Below, in pieces: positions 37,308-50,325 of a stretch of 64,000 nucleotides of DNA. Every line of letters begins with the position of its first letter. Position 1 is the stretch's first letter. The notes below the pieces were generated by a model, which saw only the letters and a list, made by a program, of their open reading frames with translations, was not told the origin of the DNA and made no database searches. Origin of the DNA: Zootoca vivipara (lineage: Eukaryota); assembly GCF_963506605.1 (NCBI RefSeq), contig NC_083283.1, positions 39,060,001 through 39,124,000 of the forward strand. Direction: 5' to 3'. A program made the position numbers and the translations under genes.

Positions 37308-39414
37308 GCTCAACCTGGGACTGGAGAAGCATCAAAGGCAATAGCAGTTTGGACTTTCTGATTGGCTGTCATTGTCATCTGGCACAGGAAGCCAGTATGG
37401 AGGTCATTGCAATCATGATTGATGGGGAACAGAACCTTTGGCACAGTCACTTTGGAAATCCTAGTGGGGGAGTTCCCGGGAATAGAAGTGCAATCACAAG
37501 TGGTTGCTTAGCAACCACATCCACTATGCTTCTTATGATTCTCGTCCTCTGGAACTGGCAAAAGAGCTGGATCCCTCATATTCACTGAAATAATTTGAGG
37601 ACCACCTTTTAAAGGAGAAAGTGAAAAGAGGAGAAAGTGAAAAGAGTGTGTGGGGGTGTTCTGGAGTAGCTGCGCACCAGCAATGATGAGTCAAAGCTCT
37701 TGGCAGTATGACAGCACCAAGTACCCAAGTTGATGTCTAGGAATTAAAGGACTTGTTCCATTCCACTATTGAACTTCTGATATCCTGCTGTACGTTTTGC
37801 AAAAAAACAAAAAACTGTTAAACAGACTTTGATCTTAAGATCAATATCTGAGGTCAACATGCGGCATTATAGATTCTTTCTATACATTTGCCAAAGGTTG
37901 TGCATTTTTGTGTTTTCTTACATTTTGATGAATTGCATTTCGTTCCCCTGTTTTAATTGGATTCCCACAAAAAAACACCATAAGGGTTGTTTTCGCATCA
38001 TGCTGTACACATGTTTGTTCAAGTGGTTGTACGCATGGTCCATTGAAACATCACACATGGACTGAACACAGATGCACATGTGGTCCTGTGCAGGACTGGG
38101 TGTTATGTTGTGTTCTACACCAATTGTCCTAGACTGCAATTCTAAATGAATTTACTAGAGTGTAACGAAATGGGACTTCAAAGTAAACCATGAATTGTGC
38201 AACTAGAGAAGGCTCTGTAAGGCTGTAACAACTGGACTGCAATCCTTATATACACTCACATGGAAGTAAATCTAGGGATTTTATACATACATCCAGACAT
38301 TCTTTTCAATAGGAGTCACACTGTACCATGCTGGAAGCTGTTTCTGAGACTTGTAGAAAGTCCCAGGAGCAGCTTAGAATGTGGTGCAAAAATGAAAGTC
38401 ATTGGGGAAGTGTGCTCATTTCCAACTATTAAGGTTAGTGTTAGTTCAAGGTCCATTTCCAGATGATTTCCGTTGCTTCAAAGTTAAATGCAGAAAAGAC
38501 CTTTTAAATCAACCAGGCCATCTGCCTCCCAAAGCAGATATTCCCTAATGTAAAATTACACTTTGTCCAGTGCATGTTTAATTGTCCTGAGTGATGACAC
38601 TTTTACTTCTTCCTCTGGAAGATGCTCACACAAATGCTTAATAGAACACAAGGTCACTACATTTGGATGTGTGGCCTTCATTTTCATAATATTATCAAAT
38701 TACTCCAATGATATACTGTACTGAGAACCAGAAGACTCATTCTAACACACAAACACAAACACATACACACACACCCCTAAACAACCCCACAGTCCTTTGG
38801 CCGTTTTTGACTAGAATACTAGTGTTGTCATCAGCGTACTTCTGGTGAGCTACCATATCGACAATGCCAGGGCTCTTCTTTAACAGCCCAAATTTTGTAC
38901 CTGCATAGACAGCACTATAACCCATTGCCTCTTGCAATCCAAGTATGGGGGGACATGTTCTTAGTCCTATGGTTGACTGGGACTAGTATATGAACCAAAA
39001 CAGGTGAGAAATCCACATGGCTTTCTTTCTGTGATTAGCACAGTAGTGTTTTAGGAGTAAAGGTGGTCCACTTTCCTCAAAGACATGTACAATAATTTGT
39101 AGTCAGCAGCCCACACTCAGCTTTGGGGGACCTATATCAGCCTGCTAAAAATGGGGAAGGGATTCAAAGTCAAATCTATCAAATGCACACTTTTTGAAAT
39201 AATGTGAGAACCAAAGGGCAGCTATTCTTCAAAATCCAGACTTATCCAAATTTTGTGATGCAGTTTTCCAACCAATGTTTACAAAAATGGATTATATTAG
39301 GGGGGGGAAATGCTTGTAAAAATATGTACATTAGTTGAAAGTGTGTTTATTAGGAGAAAATGCTTAGGATATTCATGAGGATTTTTTTAAAAAAAACATT
39401 AAAAAAACAATACT

Positions 39415-39544
39415 GGATAGCTCAGTTGGTTAGAGTTTGGTGCTGATAATGCCACGGTCGCAGGTTCAATCACCATATGGGACAGCTGCATATTCTTGCA
39501 GGAGGTTGAACTAGATGATCCTAATAGATTCTATGATTCTATGA
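39415..39544 (+). mobile_element. tRNA-Ile-headed SINE with CR1 tail
   Basis: tagctcagttggttagag..tggtgctgataa.gcca.ggtcgcaggttcaatc, then gaggttgaactagatgatc...attctatgattctatg. Confidence 0.8.
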
Positions 39545-39633
39545 ATGACAACTTGCTTCAGAAATGTGCAGAACTGAATTTAAGATTCTTGGAAAAACAA
39601 GAAACTGAAAGAACCAGAATTGGCAGATCCATC

Positions 39634-39981
39634 CCAGCATACCTGAATGAGTGTCTCCACCTTATCGTTCTACCCGGACACTGAGATCCAGCGCCAAGGG
39701 CCTTCTGGCGGTTCTCTTACTGCAAGAAGCAAAGTTACAGGGAACCAGGCAGAGGGCCTTCTCGGTAGTGGCGCCCACCCTGTGGAACGCCCTCCCATCA
39801 GATGTCAAAGAAATAAACAACTACCTGACGTTTAGAAGACATCTGAAGGCAGCCCTGTTTAGGGAAGTTTTTGATGATTGATGTTTTAATGCATTTTTAA
39901 TCTCTGTTGGAAGGCAACCAGAATGGCTGAGGAAACGCAACCAGATGGGCGGGATACAAATAAACTACTACAACTACTACT
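39634..39981 (+). mobile_element. L2 LINE 3' fragment
   Basis: Same family as the 36.7-kb copy; (CTA)n tail. Confidence 0.9.
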
Positions 39982-40281
39982 GATTCATCCCTAATTCTTG
40001 TCTTAAATCCAAACAAGGTAGAGTTTAGCTATGTTCTGAATTATTCTCACTATCTTAATTTTTACTTGATCATCTGTTTACACTTGTTCAGTAAGGCTAT
40101 TGGATTTTGCCTTGACTGATAATTTGATTGAATGTGCATCTGACTGATGAACACAATCCATGACAGATGGTTTGCATTTATTTCTTATCAACAATAATTA
40201 TTTGGTATAATGTTTCTCAAGTTAATAGAAAACTTTTTGGAAGGATTTGAAAACACTTTGTGTGGGGGGTTTTTGTGTTTA

Positions 40282-40627
40282 GGGACGTGGGTGGCACTGT
40301 GGGTTAAACCACAGAGCCTAGGGCTTGCCGATCAGAAGGTTGGCAGTTCAAATCCCCGCGACGGGGTGAGCTCCCATTGCTCAGTCCCAGCTCCTGCCAA
40401 CCTAGCAGTTTGAAAGCACGTCAAAGTGCAAGTAGATAAATAGGTACTGCTACAGCGGGAAGGTAAACGGCGTTTCCATGTGCTGCTCTGGTTCACCAGA
40501 AGCAGCTTTGTCAGGCTGACCTGGAAGCTGTACGCCGGCTCCCTCGGCCAATAACGCGAGATGAGCACCACAACCCCAGAGTCGGTCACGACTGGACCTA
40601 ATGGTCAGGGGTCCCTTTACCTTTACC
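40282..40627 (+). mobile_element. Sauria SINE (Squam1/POM-type)
   Basis: Full-length copy similar to 20935-21278; (ACCTTT)n tail. Confidence 0.93.
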
Positions 40628-41609
40628 CCCCCCCCCATGGACCTCTCCATTGAAAAGTTCTCATCTAACTTCTGGACACAAAGAATGAACTTAATGCAAA
40701 TATCAATATGCAACTCATATTGGGGAAAAAATGAGTTTTTCTCTACCGTAGACAGTATTGAACCAACTAGGTGTCCGGTGAGCTTTTCTGCAATATTATT
40801 TGCTCTATCTGGAAACAGCTGCTATTAATCATAGACTAACTTCTGGGTGGCTGTTCCGCAAGATAAAAACCAATGCAGCTTTCACAGAGTGGTCTGTAGC
40901 TATCAAAAAGCTAGAATCAGCTCCAAACAGCTTTATGTTTATCACATTAGTTAAATGTGTGCTGCGTGTATTACTCACAGGGGAAAAAAACCCAGACCTA
41001 ATATTAGCAAGCATGAGACTGAATTATGTACAGTAACTTCTCGGAACATACGCTTAAACAGATGGGTTGAGCTCATTGAAATTCTGTATTTTAGGAATAC
41101 ATGCCTGAGTGCCTCTTAACACCATCTAAAAATACATGTGATGCCTGTGTGTAAGCAAGTGCTTGACAGATCAAGCAGATGCTGTTCAGACATCTATGTT
41201 CACTGGAGTCTATTAACCTGTTTGCTTAACCTTTCTATTTAATTGGATGAATTGTTTTGCTTTTTTAAAAAAAACCCACCACCACCTCATCTTGGTTAGG
41301 TTATGTATTGTCAATGAACCTTTCATTCAAATCAAGGGCAACCAAACATGCTTTTGCTTCTACCTGCTTGCCTTAAACCTTGCCATAGCTTGTATTTCAT
41401 TCATTTATGCTTTTGTTCAGTAATTGCTGGCTGACTGTTCTCATGGAGTTTAGTATTAATATTCCTGGCTGCCTGATCAATGAAATATTGTCAGAACCAA
41501 AGGCAGCAGAAATAGAATTATCATGCACCATTGAAGAGGATCCACATGCAGAAATGGCCCGAGTTATTTGATGCCTGAGGGAGAAAATACAAATGGTAAC
41601 CCCAGGTCA

Positions 41610-41683
41610 AAGAAGAAGAAGAAGAAGAAGAAGAAGAAGAAGAAGAAGAAGAAGAAGAAGAAGAAGAAGAAGAAGAAGAAGAA
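41610..41683. repeat. (AAG)n microsatellite, ~24 units
   Basis: Perfect AAG run. Confidence 0.98.
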
Positions 41684-42222
41684 ACTTCAATAATTCACTT
41701 GACCTATTTTGCTGATATCAATATCTTTTTAATTTAATACAACTTTTGTGCATATCTTTTTTCATTTATGACAATTACACTTCAGCGAGGGAATCATTCA
41801 GCCCAACCCCACACATACCTTGTGAACCTACTACCAAATCCGGTGATCGGTTGCTGCTGTAATAGTACAACATAGGATCAGGTTGTTGGATATTGCTTAG
41901 AAATCATGCAGACAGTCATGTAAAAACTGGTGTAAGAACAAATCAATTCAGTATTTTGTAGCTAAAAAACCCCAAACACCACACCCTGCAGCTTAGGTCG
42001 CAGGCTACATGCTAACTGATTATCTGCAGGCATAAAGTAATGTCGAAAGAATTTTGAGGTAACTCCTCAGGGAAAACAAACACCAGCAGAATTGATGAAA
42101 GTTTTAAAAAAGCATTTTGATTACATTAGCAACATTTATTTGCATTTCATTTTGTTCTGACCTCATTTTTTTTTACAATCCCACCCACTCATGTATATAC
42201 TTTCAATTCAGGATAACACTTC

Positions 42223-42310
42223 ATGCATTTGATGAAATGGACTGTACTCCATGAAAACCTATGCCACAATAAACTGCTTACTCTTCAAAGTGTCGCCAAT
42301 ACTCACTGTT
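42223..42310 (+). mobile_element. Old Penelope-like pLTR remnant with degenerate hammerhead core
   Basis: ttgatga-a-atgga(ctgtac)tccat-gaaa, followed by aataaa...ctcttcaaagtg. Confidence 0.6.
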
Positions 42311-42693
42311 ATTTTTTTTCATAGGCTTTTGAAATGCATCTAGAGGTTTGAAGCATAATAAGGAAGTCAAGTCAAAATAATGTCAATATGTTTCATAAGG
42401 GGTTGGTGAGCAACAGGACTTCTGAGGCCTGTTCGGCCATGTTCTTAATGGCCATAGTTGACACAGGCTTCTTCCAAGAGAAGAGATGATAACTACATAT
42501 GTACTTGGAGTTCTTGTTTCCTGGCTCAGATATTCAAAGCTTATAATATTCACCTCAAAATGAGCTAGGAAAAATAGCGTTATTTTTGTTGTCATGCCCC
42601 GCCTGAGTCCAGATTTATACTAAATGGAGCTCTCCTTGTTGCTGGTGATAATGTAACTATGATCACATTGGTTGTGATTATCATTGGGATAAT

Positions 42694-42935
42694 CACTGGC
42701 GGAGGAAGAGGAGTGTGGGGGGAGTGCCCCGCCCCCGGCAGCGCAATCCGGGCAAGGTGCCGTCATGGCTGCCCTCCGCCCGCGATGGGTGCCCCGCCTC
42801 CGCAGGTGGTACGCCCCACCCCAAGGACGCGCACCACGCCCCTGCAGGTGGCACGCCCCACCCCAAGGACGCGTGCCAGCCCTGCCCGCGCCTGCTCTCT
42901 GCCTCCTGGTGCCAGAGCATGAAGCTCCACCACTG
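42694..42935. mobile_element. GC-rich non-autonomous DNA transposon with internal 42-bp tandem repeat
   Basis: Termini cactggcggag...ctccaccactg; flanking repeat (g)ggataat. Confidence 0.8.
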
Positions 42936-44477
42936 GGATAATAGAATCCCTGAGTATGTAAAGTTTGGCCAACCTAGTTGCACACATATAGAAGATTTCC
43001 ATTGGACATAGTTTTCCCTTTTCTTGCGAGGAAGCCTATTCAGCATAAGGGAAAATCCCTTTAAAAAAGGGATAACTTGGCAGCTATGCCATTGGATAGT
43101 AATGACCACTTACTGAAATACAAATACTTTTAGAAGAAGAAGAAGTGCTGAAATGGAGAGCAACACAGAAGGCACCAAGAGGGTCATAACAATCTCCACC
43201 AGCCTGCTATAATGTCAAGCAGACTCAAACTAAATTAAGCAACTGTTAAATTTATTTGTATTAAGACTCAAGTTCTGTCTCTTTGAAATAACTACACACG
43301 AACCTTGAAAAGCAATATGTGCTTCTTTTCACTTGCTTTACAGTGCTTAGGTCATATATCAGTTGAAAATTAGACACCAAGCAACACATTTCCTTTTTTC
43401 ATTACAGTGCTGGATATAAAAGTACTGAATAGGGCAAAGGACTGATGTTAAGAGGCATTGGCTGTGTGCATATTGTGGCATAAATACTATAATGCTAGCC
43501 ATTCATTAACAATGTTAATTAAATGCCTTCAAATAACCCGATTTATAATGAACAAGAATATTGAAGTATTTCTGCCCTTGCTAATTTCAGCTTGTTGCAT
43601 GCTATATTATTGTATCTAATTAGGCAACAGCAAGAAATTATAACCTGAAATGCTTATTACCGGAAAAAGCACAACTGATGCTATTTATATCAACTGATGT
43701 CAGTTATATCAGGCAAGAACTTGTTGAAAAGATGGTGTTAATTTAATTTTTGCTTGATTGTGAATGTGGTCATGATACCTATCATATATTTTGCATGGTT
43801 TGCTTAACAAGTATCAACAAACTGTATGCTATATTTGGATCAAGAATGATTGACAGGCAGTTTTACTCCAACAGTTTTACTCAAACTATGAACTGCTATA
43901 GCTGCTTCACAGTGTGCCCAAATCCACATCAAATCGCTCCCCACTTCTATAGGGTTAATCTCAGATCCTTTAAATAAACTAAGTTTTCACACTGCTGTGA
44001 ATTCCCATTTCTAAGTTTAGGAACATTCTTATTCCTTTTACATTCCACCAACCCCAGAGACATCTCAGGAAAAGTTCATGGTTTTTTAAATAAATTTTGT
44101 TGTTGTTGTTGACATTGTGCCTTGGGAACACCTGTTGGTAAGGCTTTGGGGAGCCAACTGAAGACCCAAGCAGTTCTCATTTCGCCCATCACTGTTGCTG
44201 GATGCTAGATTTGCAGAAACGTGAAAGGGAAGGGAACAGCTTGGAAATTTTAGACTTTCTTTACAAGTCTACCCCAACTTCAATTGATTATTTTTTTTTA
44301 CAAGTCCTCTCACCTTCTTATAAAAAAATTCATGTAGCAATGGGTAATCAGTAAAGCAAAGTACAATAGAGAAAGAGGGAGAAAAGGAAGGGAGAGAAAA
44401 AAGCAGATAAGCTAGTTAGGCTGTTCACATAAACATTGCCACAAAAGAAGAAACCCACCAGCCAAAAATAGGGCACA

Positions 44478-45012
44478 GAATCTTGGTGGCAAAAAGCTGG
44501 AAAAGCAAGATGCTACCCACAACAACAGATTGGCAAATACAGGTGTTAAATTATATAAGATTGGCAAAACTGACCGATTCAATAAGAGACATACCTGTGC
44601 AAAAAGTTACAAAAGAGTGTGTACAAAAATTATCTTAAAATATACTATCCAAATAACTCTCTACTCATGGATATCGAATGAAGTTTGAGAAAATTAGAAA
44701 TGATTGGAATGGATAAGGAAAAAAGGATACTGTTAGTAAGAACGTGTGAAAGACAAGATAGATAAAATGTATAACAAAAGGGATGGGAAGTATCTGTGTA
44801 CAAAGGTAATGAGTGTATATATTCGGTATCTTTTCTTTTTTTCTAGAGGATAGACTTGGTTGGAATGTTTTTTTTAGATAAGGCTTTCTAGCTTTTTTCT
44901 TTTTTTTCCTTTTCTTTTTTTCTGAATTTGAAACTTTGTGTATTCTTCTTATGTATATTTGTGTTTTTATTCATTGTGCTTTTAAACAATAAAATTTAAA
45001 ATACTTTTTAAA
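44478..45012 (+). mobile_element. Older L1 3' fragment
   Basis: RILVAKSWKSKMLPTTTDWQIQVLNYIRLAKLT is homologous to the C-terminus of the 50.7-kb L1 ORF2; T-rich UTR and aataaa; 16-bp TSD aaaaatagggcacaga (44464-44479 / 45011-45026). Confidence 0.85.
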
Positions 45013-46568
45013 AAATAGGGCACAGATTTGCATAAAGCATGCATATGCAAATTTGTACATATGGCTTGCAAATTTAGAAATAATTATTATAATTCAAATA
45101 TTATAAATACAATGCAGCTCCCCATAGGGAAGACTGGGGCTAGGTGCTCCTGCTTGGTCCACTGTCCAGGTGCTAAATACTGGAGAGGAACTTTCTGCCT
45201 TCTTCTCTAACCGGGACCAAACAGATAGTAAAATAAATGACAGCCCTCTGTAAAACAGGACACTTGGCCACTCCAATGCTAGACCAGCTAATTCTCTTTT
45301 CTCTTTCTGCCACTGAGCAAAATAACTCGATAGTTTGCTGATTCTGTGGGTATGGGCAATACCCAGTTTTCTCTCACCTAAGCTGCATCCATAATAGCAG
45401 AAGCTTTGTTGAACACTCTGGGATTTGCATGAACAGTATTGTGATGTTAATCTGAATGTTTAAATGATCTGTGACTAACTGAGACACAGTCTAACTGCGG
45501 CCCTCCAGATGTTTTGGCCTACAACTCCCATGATCCCTAGCTAACAGGACCAGTGGTCAGGGATGATGGGAATTGTAGTCCAAAACATCTGGTGGGCCGA
45601 AATTTGGATGCCTGTATTACACCAACATTTGATTCCCCGCCCAGAGTAATTGTACAGCACCATGCTATCTTAAAGCACACACCTTGTTGGTTTGAGTTTC
45701 CACCATTTTCTCTTTATTCCAACATGGCAGCTAGTGTATATGGAATTGCTTGTCATCTGTGTAACTCAGCTGCTAAGCATTGGCGTAAGCCTTTTTTTTT
45801 TTTTTGGTGGGGAGGGGGGGAATGCACCATCTGGATAATCATAATTATTGCTCTTTTCCTGGCAAGCAAGTTAATTGTTGGGTGTTATTCATGATGGACC
45901 TATTTATAGGGATAATTGAGGGTCAAGCTATTGATTTCCTCTCCTGTGTACCTTGGATGCCGCATTTGTTGATGAATTTTTGTTTATGACTGGTTGGCCT
46001 TAGAAAGATTTAAAAGACAGAAGATATACAGCATTTTTTATCCTTCTTATTGAAATAAAATGTTAGCTTTGTATTTTCCTTAAGGCAACAAATATTGATG
46101 CTAAAATAACTTTTGCCTGAATAATAGCCTTATTTATAAATCAATTTTATTGGAATTTTTAAATCTAAGTAAGTTTACTTCCATCCTTGACAATTTGACC
46201 TCGCTGAATTAAGAAGAGTAAACTTGCTAAGGTCTGAGTGCTGTAGCTTAATTATTTTGTCAGTCCACCATTATTATGGTAATGAATTATTTTCATACCT
46301 AATGGGCCAATCCAAAACTTTGCTGCATCAGCAAAAAAACATGCTTAGAATGGGATGCACTGATTGCTGTGCCAGCTAATTTCATATTGCACGACTTATT
46401 GCAGTATTGCAGCTGCATTGTTCTGGATTTGTAAACAGAGACATTGCAGCACCTGTTTAAAACTCGGGTGAAACATATTTATATTCAGTGAGTTCAGCTA
46501 GTTTTAAAAGGTGCGAACTCCAAATACTGAACTAAACTATTGTAACAAGTCACTGTGGATCCATGCAG

Positions 46569-46899
46569 CAGTGGTGTAGCGTGGGTTGCCAGTGCCTGGG
46601 GCCACATAGAGGGGAGTGAGTGGGAGGAACGGAAATGGATGGCGTACTGTACGTTTGTGCATTCAGCTGCCTAATGGCATCCGCGTCACCCAGGAGATCG
46701 CAGCTGCTGAGATGAGAAGGAAGAGTTGTTCCATTGCCTGGAGAGGCCACTTCCTGGTTCCTATAGGGAAGCCATTTTCAATGGAGTCCAACGACAGAAG
46801 CACACAGCTGTATTGAGGCAGCACGGGATTGACATTTTGTGCCCCCTAACAATTTTGCACTCGGGGCAACCCCCCCAGGGACCCCATGCTATGCCACTG
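46569..46899. mobile_element. Non-autonomous hAT (Tip100-like) element
   Basis: TIR cagtggtgtagcgtggg / cccatgctatgccactg; TSD ccatgcag / ccctgcaa. Confidence 0.75.
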
Positions 46900-49800
46900 C
46901 CCTGCAAAGTGGGGGGGGGGTTTAAAGACTCTGGGGCCATTTTGTTAAAATGTTTTGTTTTTTAAAGTGTCTAGCAGTGCAATTTCATAGATATATTTTC
47001 AGAACCAACTCCCATTAAGTTCAATGCTGCAATCCTATGCTCCTTTACTGATTTATGCATATGATTGCTCTATAGGAAAATGCTTGATAAAGGTTATAAA
47101 GTTATGAATAACATTTGACTGAGGAGACAGGGGCTAATTTATTCTCTCTGCTTAAGATTCATTTAATTTTAAGGATGATGATGATGATGATTTAATGAAA
47201 GAGAAAGGTAAAAGTAGAACAAAAAACAGTTTTGGAAAATTGTTATGACATGTGGAACAAAGCTATCAGGAATGAAAACATTGAAGTCCCCTGAAGCTGT
47301 TGCTTTTCTGGTTGGTGTATGGAGACAGGTTGGTCTTCCTTTTACAATGATGTGTTGGATGCTTGGTCTTCTGGAGGCAGAAGCTAGAATGCCCTTCTCT
47401 CAATCTCTGCATTTCCAGATGCTGACCTGGACTCTGTGTTCCCTACATACTGACAGTTCTGAAGAAGTGAAACATAGAGGTTTTTTTTTTTAATGTGCCA
47501 GACTTTTGGATGCCTTGAAATGATTTTCTCACCCCCTGAAGCTACCAAATTACTCATTCTCACCTGCTGAATCTTAGCCATGTGAATTATAATGGCAGAC
47601 AGAGGCTCTTTCAGAGCACAGTGACTTACACTCAGCTTCTCTGTGGGATAGATCCTCTCCAGTCACAAAAGAAGTTTGATCGCAGGAGGAAAGATATATT
47701 AAAGTTACTTCTTTTGCATTTCCAGCCTGTAAATACAGTGATGCATGGAGGAAAATGAAGTGTAATTGGTGTTAGAAAACTAGTTGCCATCATAACATGC
47801 AAGGCTACCTGGATTGCTAATTTTATGTCTCTCAGTATTTTATGTCTATAGTGATGAGTAATTATCCATTTAACAACAATTCATCTTCAAAGCTGTTACA
47901 GCACATAATTAAAATCAGCTTTTTTTCTTTTTTTACAGTCTCATCACATAGAAAAGGAATCTAATTGGAATTTTCTCTTCCTGTGAATTTTATACTGGAC
48001 ACACAGCACTTTAATATAATGCCTATTCCCTGGTGGGGATGGTATTCAATAAATTTGTTCCATTAGCACAATAATTTTTGGCTGTGAAATGGAGCTTCTC
48101 CTCCCTGCAAGTCTCCTGTACAGACACAAACCCTAAATCTATTTGAGTTTTCCACCAACCCCCTAGAAAGGTTTTTGAGGGTTCAGGAAACATGTGGGGA
48201 GAAGAGAGGGGTCGAGTTCTGTTGTGTAAAATCCTTGCATTAATGGAACGAGGGCATTGGGTATAACTCCACTGCATTATGGGATGCAAGTCAAGTGAAA
48301 TAGAGGGCACAGAATAGACTGTATAAAAAGAAGGTTGGTAATACAGTAGCTAGGGATGAGGGAGAATTTGATTTTCTTTACTTTTAATGCAAAATGACAA
48401 AATTTGCAATTCAACCAACATGCAAACCAAACTGTTGCTATCATTTGAAATTCGCTTGTCTCTAACCTATGCATATTTGGGGGGGGGGAGGGCACAAGAA
48501 TAAAAATGCACATATTAATGAAACTAGCATACATAATGCATTATTTTAGGGGAAATTGCTTGAAGAGTGAGTATATTAGTCAGAATGTTATACAAAAATG
48601 TGTTTATTTGATTTAATAAATATTTTATACAGCTTGACTGTAAAAATCCCCAGAGTGCTTTACAAAAGGAAGAAAGTACATAATAAATTTGCACTGAAGT
48701 GCTGCTGATTTCTTTTTTTAAAAAATCCTAAATTGCTCTGGAAGTGGGAATTTAAAATGTGATTTTAAAGTTGAGCAGACACAGGAGCCCCTGCCTTGCT
48801 TCCCCTATATCCCTTCCAATCTTGATTGACACACCTGGGTTTGCTCCAGCTGAACAGCTGTGTCTCTTCACTTGAGGAGGCACAGGATCCTCACCTGCCC
48901 TGAACTTAATCCAACTGAGTGATCACAAAGCTCCTCCCAGACCTAACAAGCCCTATGGTCTCCACCTGGTCAACTAGTAAGCTGGGATGTGTGCCATTGC
49001 CTGCCCCAGGCTCCTGAAGTCTACTTCTCACTGTTCCAGATGCCTGCCAGAGCCTGCCTTGTCTGCAGAAATTGGGACACGCCTGATTCTGGTGCTTTGT
49101 CCTCTTTCCCTGGCTCCTGTGATCTGTCAGCTGCCCCTTCAACATCCTCTGATGCCCTGTGAGTACCTTCCCCATCTTCAGTTTGTACCGATAGTGGCTA
49201 CACCCCTTGCCGGGATCCTCTTCCCTTTCCTTGGTGTTATGCAAGTTCGTGACATTTGGGGACCCTTCTGCTCATTCTGCTAAGTGGGGCCCTCAGTGTC
49301 TGCCCCCGCTGGAGGCATCACTGAATGCAGCTAAAGAGAGAAGAAAAAAAGCAAATAGATCTGTAGACTGAAATGAACTTTTTATGGCAGGGACTGGCTG
49401 TTATCCAACTACTGATAGGCAAATGCCATGGAAACAGCAATGATTCAGGGTTGGGTCCTTTGCATTTGGAGTGTTGTTGTTTATTCATCGGCATAGTTCT
49501 TAATAAATTAGTCGTGTTAACTATTTTCAAGCTATAAAATAAAGAAATATTGGCTATCTTCTTTTAACGAGAATGATTACCCATCTGCTCCTCTTCATCC
49601 ATGGTTGGGAACTGTGTCCATTAGACTAAAGAAAAATTATGATCCAAATTTCTTCCCACCTCCAAAGTGTATGTAGACTGTTCTGTGCACATAACTGTTT
49701 AATGTTTCACAGAATATTCCCTCAACAGAATTTAGTATTGCTGGTGTGTCTAAATATTACTGCTGAGAGGCACGAAGTAACAAACATTTGCACAAAACAA

Positions 49801-50010
49801 CCCACATACTTTTGATTGCACCATTGCCACTTTATAAACCACCTCGGGGAGTGCTGTATTCTATAAACACCATTCCTGCAACGATCTTAAGTAACAAACA
49901 GTTTTACTTGGAAAGAATTGGGGGAAATGCAGTGCAAAGGCATCCTTACCTTGTACTGTAGCTACATTAAAGTCTACCTCAGAGGGTGTCCATTACTTTA
50001 AATAGAACTA

Positions 50011-50234
50011 CAGTGGTACCTCGGGTTACAGACGCTTCAGGTTACAGACTCCGCTAACCCAGAAATAGTACCTCAGGTTAAGAACTTTGAAATTCTGAGA
50101 ACAGAAATTGGGTGGCGGCAGCGTGGCAGCAGTGGGAGGCCTCATTAGCTAAAGTGGTACCTCAGGTTAAGAACAGTTTCAGGTTAAGAACGGACCTCCG
50201 GAATGTATTAAGTTCTTAACCCAAGGTACCACTG
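50011..50234. mobile_element. Tigger/pogo-type MITE
   Basis: TA|cagtggtacctcgggtta...taacccaaggtaccactg|TA. Confidence 0.9.
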
Positions 50235-50325
50235 TACTGCAATAATTCAAGCTTTTTCTTTATTTCAAAATCATTATTTGGACCATATGCATGAAATATT
50301 TTTTAGTTTTTTAAACAGTAGTATT

